64,000 bases of DNA, from positions 1-64,000 of the forward strand of contig JAYTSD010000017.1 of NCBI GenBank assembly GCA_043745805.1, written 5' to 3'. The notes under the pieces were generated by a model. It worked only from the letters and a program-made list of their open reading frames with translations, did no database searches and was not told the origin of the DNA. Each line of letters begins with the position of its first letter. Positions within the stretch are counted from its first letter, which is position 1. This document shows, piece after piece, positions 37,476 through 47,360 of the stretch. The translations under genes and the position numbers were made by a program. Source of the stretch: Fibrobacteria bacterium. Its GTDB lineage: Bacteria > Fibrobacterota > Fibrobacteria > UBA11236.

Positions 37476-39435
37476 GCTTTTCTAACCCTTTAGAAAAAAT
37501 GATGATCATGTCGGTGCCTTCATTTAATTTGCTATTCACTTTAATGCTGGCATGATGGGAATCTAAAATTTGTTTTACGATGGTAAGTCCCAAGCCACTG
37601 CCTTTGGTTTTGCGCGTAAGCTCATCGCCGGCTCTATAAAATTTATCAAAAATATGTTTTAAATCATTACCGGATATTCCAATACCCTGATCCCGTACAC
37701 TTAAAATTAAATGATGACTATTTAGCGTTACGGTAACGGTTGTGTCTGCAGGTGAATATTTCAGTGAATTCTCTAATAAATTTTGTACCACGGAACGCAA
37801 GGCATGAAAATCCCCTTGTACTACGGTATCCGTGTCCAAATTCAATTGTAATTTTATCTCTGCTTTAGCAAATGACTCTTGCATTAAATCGGCAACTTCT
37901 TTTATCACCTTATCAAGAGTAACGGCAGTAAATTTTTTTGGAGAATTCTTTTCTTCTAGGCGATTGAAATTTAAAATATCTTCAATCATACTTTGCAGGC
38001 GTATGCTTTCTTGCCCAATGAGCTTGGCATAACGACGAATTTTACTTTCTTCGGTTTGTTTACCACTTTCAATAATTTCAGCGAACATACGTATAGCAGT
38101 TAAGGGCGTTTTTAATTCATGGGATACCGCCGACAAAAAATTACTTTTCATTTTAACCATACCACGCTCATTACGCAAACCCACAAAAACAGCGAAAGAT
38201 CCTAATAGCAAGGCCGTTAAAGAGAAACCTAATACGGTATAAAGCAGTATGATTTTTTTATGTCCCAGGGCGGCAACTTCACTGGCTTGCTTTTTGAAAA
38301 TTACCATTTTCCATGTGGGAAATTCGCCATGTAAATTTTTTTCTAAGGCAATGTCGCGTTCGCCGTGCGATTCTTTAGTTTCAGTAGTTAATAAGGGATT
38401 GCCTTTTTGATCATAAAGTTCAAAATCAATTTCGCCCCAAGTGGAAGTTTTATCTTTGAGTACTTCTGAGCGAATATTTTCTACCAAAAGATTTTCATTG
38501 AGACGAATGATGATATTTATTTCTTGATCCACCCAAGGATAACCAATAATGAGAAACGGCTGCCCGTCTTCATAATGAATTTGCATAGGGCTGGTATAAT
38601 CTTCGGCTGCATTGCGAATTAATGCTTCGGGATGAATTTTCCAATCCTGTAAAATAAATTCGGCATTGGATAATATAATATCCGCGCGTTCATGCATAGA
38701 CCAAAAATAATCGCGTACTTCGCGCGGTAGCGTTTCTCGTGAATTCAATAAATTAATACTTTCCGTTAGATAAAAATGAATTTCCGAATAACTGGAAAAT
38801 CCCTCGCTAGTTAATAAAGCATGAATAAATTCTTTACCATGTTGCGCGGCTTCTATATTGAGATTTAAAGCCACCAGACATTTAAGTTCTAATAAAGCAA
38901 TGCCAAAGCGATAAGAAGTGGGAATAGTATTGTCGAAATTATTGTCCAAGGGATGCAATAAGTTGCGGATAAGATGAATACAGGAATTGTAACGACCTTG
39001 ATTGAATTCTTCTTGTATTTGTTTAAATAGCTCGGCCTGTTTAACTGGCCAAGCACTGGGCTCTAAACCCACATTATTTAAATCTTCTTCATTCGCCAGA
39101 TGTTGCGGAAAAAGCATTCGCTCTCTTTGGTAAATAGCGACGGATTGAAATAAAGGCATATGTAATAAATCAGTAGCTAAAGCAATAAATTGTTCGCGAT
39201 CATCAATGCTCCCTATTTTTTGTAATCGAGCTTTTAAGTTTTTTAAATATTCACTTTGAGTTTTTTCCATGACTTGATTTACTGCAGTGAATAACTCTAA
39301 ATTTTTGTTTTCCAGAGATTTTTCTAAAAGAATTCTTTCGTCTTTAGCGGTGCGAAAACTGATATAGCTAAGTATGAGTCCGGGAATCAAAATACTGATA
39401 AGGAATATTAAATACAGATGTTTAGAAAAATTCAC
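37468..39435 (-). CDS. Sensor histidine kinase
   Basis: Two TMs flanking a large helical periplasmic domain; SHELKTPL, NLLENSLKYS, D.GIG, GSGLGL. Confidence 0.95.
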   Translation of the reverse strand: MNFSKHLYLIFLISILIPGLILSYISFRTAKDERILLEKSLENKNLELFTAVNQVMEKTQSEYLKNLKARLQKIGSIDDREQFIALATDLLHMPLFQSVAIYQRERMLFPQHLANEEDLNNVGLEPSAWPVKQAELFKQIQEEFNQGRYNSCIHLIRNLLHPLDNNFDNTIPTSYRFGIALLELKCLVALNLNIEAAQHGKEFIHALLTSEGFSSYSEIHFYLTESINLLNSRETLPREVRDYFWSMHERADIILSNAEFILQDWKIHPEALIRNAAEDYTSPMQIHYEDGQPFLIIGYPWVDQEINIIIRLNENLLVENIRSEVLKDKTSTWGEIDFELYDQKGNPLLTTETKESHGERDIALEKNLHGEFPTWKMVIFKKQASEVAALGHKKIILLYTVLGFSLTALLLGSFAVFVGLRNERGMVKMKSNFLSAVSHELKTPLTAIRMFAEIIESGKQTEESKIRRYAKLIGQESIRLQSMIEDILNFNRLEEKNSPKKFTAVTLDKVIKEVADLMQESFAKAEIKLQLNLDTDTVVQGDFHALRSVVQNLLENSLKYSPADTTVTVTLNSHHLILSVRDQGIGISGNDLKHIFDKFYRAGDELTRKTKGSGLGLTIVKQILDSHHASIKVNSKLNEGTDMIIIFSKGLEKHA

Positions 39436-39444
39436 AGCATCTCA

Positions 39445-39681
39445 TTAGAAGAAAATATTTTCTAAGCCTTGTAATATGCCTTCGCCTAAATGCTGATAAA
39501 TAAAATTTCGGGTGAAGGGAAAATTATACACTTCCAAACAAAGCAATACCATACTCAAAACCAGTAAGCTCACAAATAAACCTGTAAAATAATAGAGGAA
39601 AAAAGAAATTAAAGCCCGAGGTTTCTGGGAACGGGGTTGAATTGCAAGGGCATATAAAAAGTGAATAATTTTTTCGGTCAT
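39445..39681 (-). CDS. Small membrane protein
   Basis: One long TM; co-oriented with the kinase operon. Confidence 0.6.
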   Translation of the reverse strand: MTEKIIHFLYALAIQPRSQKPRALISFFLYYFTGLFVSLLVLSMVLLCLEVYNFPFTRNFIYQHLGEGILQGLENIFF

Positions 39682-39783
39682 AGTGTAAAATATTATTTTC
39701 CGCTTATGCGGTAGACCGGATTAAAATTACAAAATTTGTAGGAAAAAGCAGTTTATCACGGGTTTAAACTGCCATTGGAAGGA

Positions 39784-40881
39784 TTAATTTAGCGATTGTA
39801 CGGCCACTGCAAAATCGCCGCGATTAATAATACCTGGAAAAATATCATGTAAAAACACCGTGGCCGAATTTTTCCCTACATTTACTAGTACACCGCTAGC
39901 TAAAACTTTATCCGTAACCTTGTGATTGGTGGAATTATAGATTAATAGGACATCTCCAAGTTTAAAACCTTTATTTGCACCTTCGTCGATCAATAAATAA
40001 CCGAATTGTTCAGGTACTTGTTGTTGTTGAACTACAAAAACGACATGGGCGCTTTGATCGCCATTGGGAAGTGGGCTATAAACTTGCCCCGTTAAATCAT
40101 GATATTCATCTACTGGGGTAGCACGCGCTTCGCGCGATATAGTTCCAAAACATTGCACCAAAACGCCAATTGCATTTTTAGTATTAACGCGAGTAATTTT
40201 AACGACACCTTGCGTGGTGACAATTTTACCCAAACGATCGCCACTAGTAAAATGATGAAACATATCACCCGATTCAAAAATTTTATAAAGATCACCGACT
40301 TTAACTCCATCATTGGAGCCTCTGCCAATTTTTATTTCTTCATACAATTGTAAAATAGCGCTTTCATTGGAAGGACTGTATTTAATAGATGTTTCATCGG
40401 GATAAATTTTTCCATGTTGGGTAAACGCAAAAAAGGGCGCATCAAAAATTAATTCGCGGGCAAAATAATGGGTTTCATTAGCGGATTCAGTATTTTTAGA
40501 ATTGCTTTTGATGTCATTGGGATCGGGGATGGGAATATGTTTTGCATCAGTAACTATGGGCAAGCCGTCGATTTTTTTTCGAAAGGCTTTTACTCGAAGT
40601 TCGTTAGCGCTGGGCGCTTTTGCATTTTTAGAAGCTTCCGCTAAGGAGGGTTTGGAATAATCCGCCTTGTTTTTCATGGCCTGATTCTTCGCGGAATCGA
40701 GACCTTCAGCACTTTGAGAATAGTTTTTCCAAACGCTAGGCCATTTAAAGGGATCTTTCAAATAGGTTTTGCTCACTTCCCACAATTCAGCCCCTTTTAG
40801 GGTTTTTGCCTCAATCAGGGTTGATGCGACAATGGTTATCGCAATTATAATGGAAGAAAACTGCATAAATCCCTCGATCAT
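39784..40881 (-). CDS. TsaP-like protein (degenerate LysM plus two FlgT-C-like beta domains)
   Basis: KGAELWEVSKTYLKDPFKWPSVW; I..G...G.K.GD...I occurs twice. Confidence 0.6.
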   Translation of the reverse strand: MIEGFMQFSSIIIAITIVASTLIEAKTLKGAELWEVSKTYLKDPFKWPSVWKNYSQSAEGLDSAKNQAMKNKADYSKPSLAEASKNAKAPSANELRVKAFRKKIDGLPIVTDAKHIPIPDPNDIKSNSKNTESANETHYFARELIFDAPFFAFTQHGKIYPDETSIKYSPSNESAILQLYEEIKIGRGSNDGVKVGDLYKIFESGDMFHHFTSGDRLGKIVTTQGVVKITRVNTKNAIGVLVQCFGTISREARATPVDEYHDLTGQVYSPLPNGDQSAHVVFVVQQQQVPEQFGYLLIDEGANKGFKLGDVLLIYNSTNHKVTDKVLASGVLVNVGKNSATVFLHDIFPGIINRGDFAVAVQSLN

Positions 40882-41240
40882 GGAACTATTTCGAAAATCA
40901 ATCGAAATTCGAAAAACAATGACTAATCATGAGATTTTTTAGGGAATCTGGCAAGGAATTTCCACAAATTAGGCTATAAATCGGGAAATAATTGTCGTTA
41001 TAAAGCCCCTCTTTTGCATGTTTTTAAAAGCGAGCGCTAAAATAGCCCATAAACCACGGAATAACAGGGTTTTGATAGAGGTAAAAAGCGTATTCCTAAA
41101 TGTTGCTTCTAGGTCGTTTATTGGGGCCTTAATAAAGTGCGAAGCAAAGTGCTAATTCGGATAGGCTAAATAACCAGAATTTAACGACTTAAGCCAGCCA
41201 CCCTTTATAATTAAAGCTGCATTCAAAACAGGAGGCAATT

Positions 41241-41501
41241 ATGTTACCAGAACATAATGCAAAATTAATTGAATATTTTACTACCGGCCAGGTAGCGAAA
41301 ATGTTACGCGTATCAGTATCCACTTTAAAGCGATGGTTAGAGGAATCTCCAAATTTAGCTGTGCATCGAGAAAACGCAAGTGGTTGGCGATTATTTACCA
41401 ATTTGGAAATCGCTAAGTTACGCGAATGGCAAAGACGTAAGAAAAAAATCGGAAAAACCTTTAAGCCTTCTACCCTTCGTCCATCCGATGAGAAGGCATA
41501 A
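41241..41501 (+). CDS. MerR/excisionase-type HTH DNA-binding protein
   Basis: TTGQVAKMLRVSVSTLKRW...GWRLF; GGAGG RBS. Confidence 0.85.
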   Translation: MLPEHNAKLIEYFTTGQVAKMLRVSVSTLKRWLEESPNLAVHRENASGWRLFTNLEIAKLREWQRRKKKIGKTFKPSTLRPSDEKA

Positions 41502-41504
41502 ATA

Positions 41505-42722
41505 GTGATGAATAAGATGTGTGTCTTACTCTTATGTCTCGGACTCTATGTCTTTACTGCGCAAGCTGCTATTAAGCATTCGCGTGCAGAAGGCTTACCA
41601 GAGTTGTTTGCTTCCAACACAGTTGGCTTAGGCGACATTTGGTTGAGTATAGGATTTTCTTCCTATTTCAAAACTTTAACCGTACATAACGATGTGTTGA
41701 CTGCATTAGTAGATAGCAGTTATCAAAAAGACATTCAACGAGTAGTGGGATCTGATTCTAAAGTGCGTAGGGACATTCTGGTTGCTCCTGATCTGCATGG
41801 CATTATCGGCCTCACTAACTTTTTGCATTTAGAAATCACTAATACTCCATGGGATGGTGAAAAAATTGGCGCGACTACAGCGCATTTAAAATTAACGACA
41901 CCAGGTAATGATAATTTGCGCGTGCTGGGTATTGCGATTAGTATGAATGCTACTTTGGCAACTGATGAGAGTGCAAAGTTAAGTGGGAAGTCAACTCCTG
42001 GCTTTGATCCACAACTTTCGGTTACCGCTATTGCAGATGCCGATCTTATAAAATGGTGGCCGAGTTTTCCTATGAAGCTTTATTTCAATTATTCAAATTT
42101 AGATGAAGTGCGTTTAGCGCATACCTATGAACAACATGTTTTTCAAGTGGCATGGGAATATAAAAGCGAAAAAGTGGGCTATTATGTAAAGGCCGGTGCT
42201 TATTTGTATAAGCCATTACCAAACCCCAGCGATTCTATGACTAAGCTGAATTATCTTCCGTTATTTTATGACATTGGATTTGGCTATAAGAAAAATGTAT
42301 TGGATAAATTTTCTTGCGTGGCAGGTGCCAGTATCGATTTGTTTAAGCCCTTCGCCTTCTATTCGAGCGAAAGTCATAAATCGCCAAAATTATTTTTCCA
42401 AATTACTGGACCGCTCTGGCAACAAGAAACTCGCGCGGAAGCTATTCGGGCTTTGATTTTTCATGAACAGAAACGCAATAAAGTAAAAACGCAAAAAGCA
42501 GATCAAAAAAATATTTCAACTGACAGCAAAAACGATTCAACTATGGCTACACCGGCTTTGCAGGGCGTACAAATGGAAGACATACTCGGCACGCAAAGTG
42601 TGCAAGATGTTAAAGAAAAGAATTTAATGCAGGACGTATTTGAGGATGAAGCCAGTGATTTACTAGAAAAACGTAAACAAATTCGCGGGGAGTTAAAACA
42701 AATTGAGGAGCAGTTAGAATGA
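41505..42722 (+). CDS. Predicted outer-membrane beta-barrel with C-terminal coiled coil
   Basis: Signal peptide, amphipathic strands, charged helical tail; shares K.TTP.N...R and LP/FP.K.Y.N with the next gene. Confidence 0.65.
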   Translation: MMNKMCVLLLCLGLYVFTAQAAIKHSRAEGLPELFASNTVGLGDIWLSIGFSSYFKTLTVHNDVLTALVDSSYQKDIQRVVGSDSKVRRDILVAPDLHGIIGLTNFLHLEITNTPWDGEKIGATTAHLKLTTPGNDNLRVLGIAISMNATLATDESAKLSGKSTPGFDPQLSVTAIADADLIKWWPSFPMKLYFNYSNLDEVRLAHTYEQHVFQVAWEYKSEKVGYYVKAGAYLYKPLPNPSDSMTKLNYLPLFYDIGFGYKKNVLDKFSCVAGASIDLFKPFAFYSSESHKSPKLFFQITGPLWQQETRAEAIRALIFHEQKRNKVKTQKADQKNISTDSKNDSTMATPALQGVQMEDILGTQSVQDVKEKNLMQDVFEDEASDLLEKRKQIRGELKQIEEQLE

Positions 42723-43978
42723 AAAAAATACTGTATTTATTCATTTTGTGCCTAGCCTGTATTTGCCCTTTGAAAACACATGCTGAAGCGAAACGCTTAC
42801 GTCATGAAGGTTTGTTTGCTTCACAATCTTCGTCTACTTCAGGACGAGGTAACTTAATAGTTACTGCATTTGGAAGAAGTTTTTTATGGGACAATAACGC
42901 TGCGCAAAAGATTCCGCCTACTTTACCTCATTTGGAAATTAATTATGGGGTTACGGATTATCTCGATATTATGGCAGGCACAGGATTGGTGAGTTATACG
43001 CTTCAACCGGGAGAAGTCTATCTGCGTGCAAAAATGACTACACCGGATAATAAAATGATTCGTCTTTTTGCATTTTCACAAATAGTGGAAGTGAATAAAA
43101 ACCTTTCGAATTTTTTTCCTTCTAATGGCTATCGCGTGCAAAATGAGGGTTTTGGTCCCGAAGGATTTATCTATGGAAACTCATCCTTTTTTAATTCGTA
43201 TAAATTCACTACAGCTTTGGATTTAGAATTGATTCGACTCTCTTCATATTTGCCTTTCAAGTTCTACCTGAATTTAGGTATTACAGGTGAATGGGATTCT
43301 TGGATTGAAAAACGCAATCAAAAAGATGCACTTCAAGGCCATTATCAAGCTAGGGATCAAAGCTTTGCTAAAGTGCCGATGAGCTTAGGCTTAGAATTAA
43401 AAACTTATGATTCGGATTTCTTTGTAGAAGTTTCGGGCGAACCTTTTGTCGGTAATGTGAATTCGGAGTTGCAATATTGGTTTGGATCGCGCAAAGAAGG
43501 CGGATGGACACGCTTTCAAATAGGTAACGACAATGGTTCGGCTAAAAATTTTGACGTGCATATTTTTGAAACACCTTGGTATGCCCATGCAGGTACCCGA
43601 GTGAAATATGAAAATGGTTTAACTTTAACGGGCGGATTTTCTTGGTTACTGAGTACCAATCGAGGAGCTGAATTAGGATCTTGCCGTCCTGCATCAAATG
43701 CTTGCCGGGATGAAGGGGTAACGGATGGTTTTTCACCTTTTTATCCGCAGTGGAAAGTTTTTGGACAAATTGAATTTCCCATAATGTTTACCCAACCGTC
43801 AAGTGAATTGTATCGATCCTTTATGCTAAAGCGTTATGAAGAAAAACGCAAAGTAGTAGATGTTGATCAAACTTTGAAAAATACTTCGGCTACGGTGGAA
43901 TCAGATTTAGAAAAAAGAGAAAAGAAATTACAAGAGCGCAGGAAGGAGGCTGACGATCAAAATATTCCTCTTAATTAG
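42719..43978 (+). CDS. Predicted outer-membrane beta-barrel with C-terminal coiled coil (paralogue of the upstream gene)
   Basis: R.EGL, KMTTPDN...R, LPFKFYLN; charged tail. Confidence 0.65.
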   Translation: MKKILYLFILCLACICPLKTHAEAKRLRHEGLFASQSSSTSGRGNLIVTAFGRSFLWDNNAAQKIPPTLPHLEINYGVTDYLDIMAGTGLVSYTLQPGEVYLRAKMTTPDNKMIRLFAFSQIVEVNKNLSNFFPSNGYRVQNEGFGPEGFIYGNSSFFNSYKFTTALDLELIRLSSYLPFKFYLNLGITGEWDSWIEKRNQKDALQGHYQARDQSFAKVPMSLGLELKTYDSDFFVEVSGEPFVGNVNSELQYWFGSRKEGGWTRFQIGNDNGSAKNFDVHIFETPWYAHAGTRVKYENGLTLTGGFSWLLSTNRGAELGSCRPASNACRDEGVTDGFSPFYPQWKVFGQIEFPIMFTQPSSELYRSFMLKRYEEKRKVVDVDQTLKNTSATVESDLEKREKKLQERRKEADDQNIPLN

Positions 43979-44009
43979 CCTCTGCATTTTATGCGGGGTT
44001 AATGTATTA

Positions 44010-47000
44010 ATGCCTCAACAGGCATTTGCGCAACTGTCGCCACAGGAAGAAACACACCTGTGGGCCAAGGCTAATCTATTGGCTGAACAATTGCGAGAGG
44101 AAAAAAAGAAATGGTCAGTATTAGCAGAAGAGTTAGAACGTTTAAAATTTATGGGTGAAGATTATCGCGATTTACAATTGATTCCTAGTCAAATAACACT
44201 GCTCTCAAAAGACGAAGAAGTGCAGTTGGATAAGCGCATTGAGCAAGTGGAAAAACGTCATGCCGATTATCGTAATCAATTACATGACTTAGAAATACCA
44301 CTTAATGATGGTATTTTGGTAGCGCGAGAAATGTTAGAAGGCAATCCGAATACGGATATGATGGAATTAATCTCGCATGATCATTTAGCGCGTGTAGAAA
44401 AATTAATTCGTATTCAAAAAGAGCTTAATCAATTTTGGGATGAAGCTATAGAATTATTAGCGCCCCTGCAAATTAAGATTGGTATTAATCCAGAACGTCA
44501 ACAAGAAGAAGAATATATTAAGGTATTAATGTCGAATATTGGTCGTGCATCCCTGCGCTTCTATCAAAGTTTTAATAATTATAAAGACGGCTTAGCCAAG
44601 CGTGGAACCACTAATGATTGGGAAAAAATGGCTCGTATTGATTTAGGTCGTTTGCAAAAAAGATTGGGATCTCGTAATGCCGAATTAGTTCAACAAGGAT
44701 TGCAACGTTTATGCTTACGCTTTACGGGCAAAATAACTATGGGATCAGGTTATTACTTATTAGGAAATAGTTATTTAGCGCATGCGCAGTATGAGAAAGC
44801 AGCTAGGTCATATGCACGAGTAGAAAACACTAGTCGGAGTTATGCACAAAGTCGTTTGGGTTATTTACAATCTCTATTTGGTGCGCATATGGATGATTCC
44901 TTAGTGTTGGCTTATGGACAGTTTTTGCAAGAAAAAGTATTCGATCAAAAGATGTTTCCTTCAGCCCACTATTTGGCGACACAAAGTTACTACGCCTTAG
45001 GATTGGATTCGGCATTAGAAAGTGAAATGTTACATGATGCGACTAAGGATATTAATCATTATAAATCCTTATTTATTTATGCAAAATCTTTAGTACGGTT
45101 GCATAAGAATAAAGAGGCACGCGCAGTATTGGGGGATTTAAATGCGCAAGCCCAATTGCCACATACATTCCATAATCAAATTCAAATTACCTTAGCGCAT
45201 TTAAGTTATGAAGAAAAATTATATGATCTGGCTTTAAAAGGATATCAAAGCTTATTGGATCAAAATGGATTCCAAGCGGAAGCCTTATATGGCATGATTT
45301 GGAGCAATATTCGCTTAGGGGATATGGATGCTGCGGAATTTATTCTGAAGAAATTGATTGCACAATACCCCAATAATCCCTGGGCTATTGGCGGCTTTAA
45401 TGTATTAGCCCGTAAATTAGCACTCAATGCGGAGAATGCATGGAGTTTAAGCCTGTCCTTGGAAAAAGATAAAGCCCAGTTACAAACGTACAGAAAAAAA
45501 TTACAGAATAGAATTGCAGATCATGCGCTTACGGATGTGGAGGCAAAAAAATTAACTGAAAGATTAAATCAAGCGGAGTCGGCATTATTACAACAACATA
45601 AGGTTCCTATTGAAGATATTTCCAGAATGTATGAACAAGCTTTAGGGCTCTGTGACTTTGTAGAATCGCGTTATCAAACTGGAGAATATACCGATAGAAC
45701 CTATCAACGGGATAGAGAAAATGTGCTACAAAAATTGACGGCTTTAACGAATGAGTCGAGTCCGTCTAATGCAGCAATAGAGGATACCAGTAGTAGTGGT
45801 AGTTTAGCCATGCGTTTAAAAATATTTGAAAATAAATCATTAGCCTTAGATATACGCGTACAACGACGAGCTTGGTTAGAATCGTGGTTAAAATATACGC
45901 AAAGAAAATTAAATGAAGAAATTAATGCCCAGCCTAATGATTCCATAGGCACAGCGAAACAGGCCTATTTACGCAAGCAAACTTTAACCTTGGCCGATCA
46001 GATATCAGAACGCTTAGCCGCTTATAGCGAAGATCTTTTAAATCGCCTCCATCCATTGATGGAAGATCCTGCTTCTTATTCAATTCGCGATTGGTTGCTA
46101 TTCCAAAATGGTTTGTTGAATTATGAACAAGCGGAAAATACTTTGAAAAAACAATGGGCTGCTACGCAATGGTTAGATGCGCAAGGCATTAATAAAGAAG
46201 CGCAATCTACTATTGATTTTATGAGTTATGAAAAACCATGGGAAGAATTATTAGAAAAAAATCCACATTCAGCATATGCGGCAGCAACATTGTATTTCTT
46301 AGGCTTTTCACAAACCGCACGTGGAGAAGCGACAAAGGGCATTCATTCCTTTGAAATGTTGGCGCAGAGTTTCCCTAAATCGTATTATACACAGCAAGCC
46401 TTGGTATTTATTGGAGAATATTTCTTCCGCGAAAACAATTTAATTCGTGCCGAAGAAGCCTTCGATAAAGTATTAGACTTCCCCGATTCCAAATATTTTG
46501 AGCAAGCCCTTTATAAATTAGCTTGGACACGTTTCCGTTCTAGTTCTTATAAGACGGCAATAAGTTCATTCACTTATATCTTAGAAGAATCCTCAACTAA
46601 AGGAAAAATGGAAGGCAAAACTGAGAAGAAAAGTCAGCTTACACAGGAAGCTTTGCAATTCGCGGCTTTGAGTATTGCTGAAGGTGACACCAGTGGAGAC
46701 GGTGGTTTGGGAGCAACTCAAGTTTTTGCTAAAAAATTAGGCGATGGTAAATTGGGTGCTAAGTTAACCCACCGCATGGCAGTTATTTATGCCCAACAAG
46801 GACGTTTGGAAAGAGCTAAAAAAGCTTTGGAAACTTTATTCAAAGATTATCCGGACTATGAAAATTTACCGCAGGCAATGATGGAAATGTCACAGGCATT
46901 TGATAAAGAACAAAATTATGCAAAGGCTATTGAAGTGCGAGAAGCACTTTTCAGACAATATCATAAAGGATCACCTTGGTATGAAAAACAAACCGTATTA

Positions 47001-47360
47001 GCTATTAAAGCGCAAGCGGATACCGTAAATCAATTGGCAACCGAAAGAGTGGCAAATAGTTATTTATATGAAGCAACACAAAACAAAAAGAATACTGTAG
47101 AACAGCAAAAGAAATATTTACGCAAAGCAATTAATACCTATGAAAACTTTTTGCAGGTTTATCCAAATCATCCGCAAAGAGCAAAATATATTTATCAAGA
47201 AGCCGAAGCATATTATGGTTTGGATGATTTTGCGGAAGCCTCTAAACAATATATGCGCGTTTCACGAATTGGGGATGCAAAATTAAAAATGACGGCTGCC
47301 TATAATGCTATTGCTGCGGCGCAGGAATTATTAAAGAAATTGGAAGAGGAAAAGAAATGA
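44010..47360 (+). CDS. Large TPR protein (Glt/AgmU-like); true start probably upstream near 43950
   Basis: Many TPRs, including F..L...FP.S.Y..QA...IGEYFF and ALYKLAWT typical of AgmU/GltD-like proteins. Confidence 0.75.
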   Translation: MPQQAFAQLSPQEETHLWAKANLLAEQLREEKKKWSVLAEELERLKFMGEDYRDLQLIPSQITLLSKDEEVQLDKRIEQVEKRHADYRNQLHDLEIPLNDGILVAREMLEGNPNTDMMELISHDHLARVEKLIRIQKELNQFWDEAIELLAPLQIKIGINPERQQEEEYIKVLMSNIGRASLRFYQSFNNYKDGLAKRGTTNDWEKMARIDLGRLQKRLGSRNAELVQQGLQRLCLRFTGKITMGSGYYLLGNSYLAHAQYEKAARSYARVENTSRSYAQSRLGYLQSLFGAHMDDSLVLAYGQFLQEKVFDQKMFPSAHYLATQSYYALGLDSALESEMLHDATKDINHYKSLFIYAKSLVRLHKNKEARAVLGDLNAQAQLPHTFHNQIQITLAHLSYEEKLYDLALKGYQSLLDQNGFQAEALYGMIWSNIRLGDMDAAEFILKKLIAQYPNNPWAIGGFNVLARKLALNAENAWSLSLSLEKDKAQLQTYRKKLQNRIADHALTDVEAKKLTERLNQAESALLQQHKVPIEDISRMYEQALGLCDFVESRYQTGEYTDRTYQRDRENVLQKLTALTNESSPSNAAIEDTSSSGSLAMRLKIFENKSLALDIRVQRRAWLESWLKYTQRKLNEEINAQPNDSIGTAKQAYLRKQTLTLADQISERLAAYSEDLLNRLHPLMEDPASYSIRDWLLFQNGLLNYEQAENTLKKQWAATQWLDAQGINKEAQSTIDFMSYEKPWEELLEKNPHSAYAAATLYFLGFSQTARGEATKGIHSFEMLAQSFPKSYYTQQALVFIGEYFFRENNLIRAEEAFDKVLDFPDSKYFEQALYKLAWTRFRSSSYKTAISSFTYILEESSTKGKMEGKTEKKSQLTQEALQFAALSIAEGDTSGDGGLGATQVFAKKLGDGKLGAKLTHRMAVIYAQQGRLERAKKALETLFKDYPDYENLPQAMMEMSQAFDKEQNYAKAIEVREALFRQYHKGSPWYEKQTVLAIKAQADTVNQLATERVANSYLYEATQNKKNTVEQQKKYLRKAINTYENFLQVYPNHPQRAKYIYQEAEAYYGLDDFAEASKQYMRVSRIGDAKLKMTAAYNAIAAAQELLKKLEEEKK

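Noticed and set aside
40948-40964. Sigma54 promoter (TGGCAAGGAATTTCC)
   Set aside because: The -12 element lacks the conserved GC.
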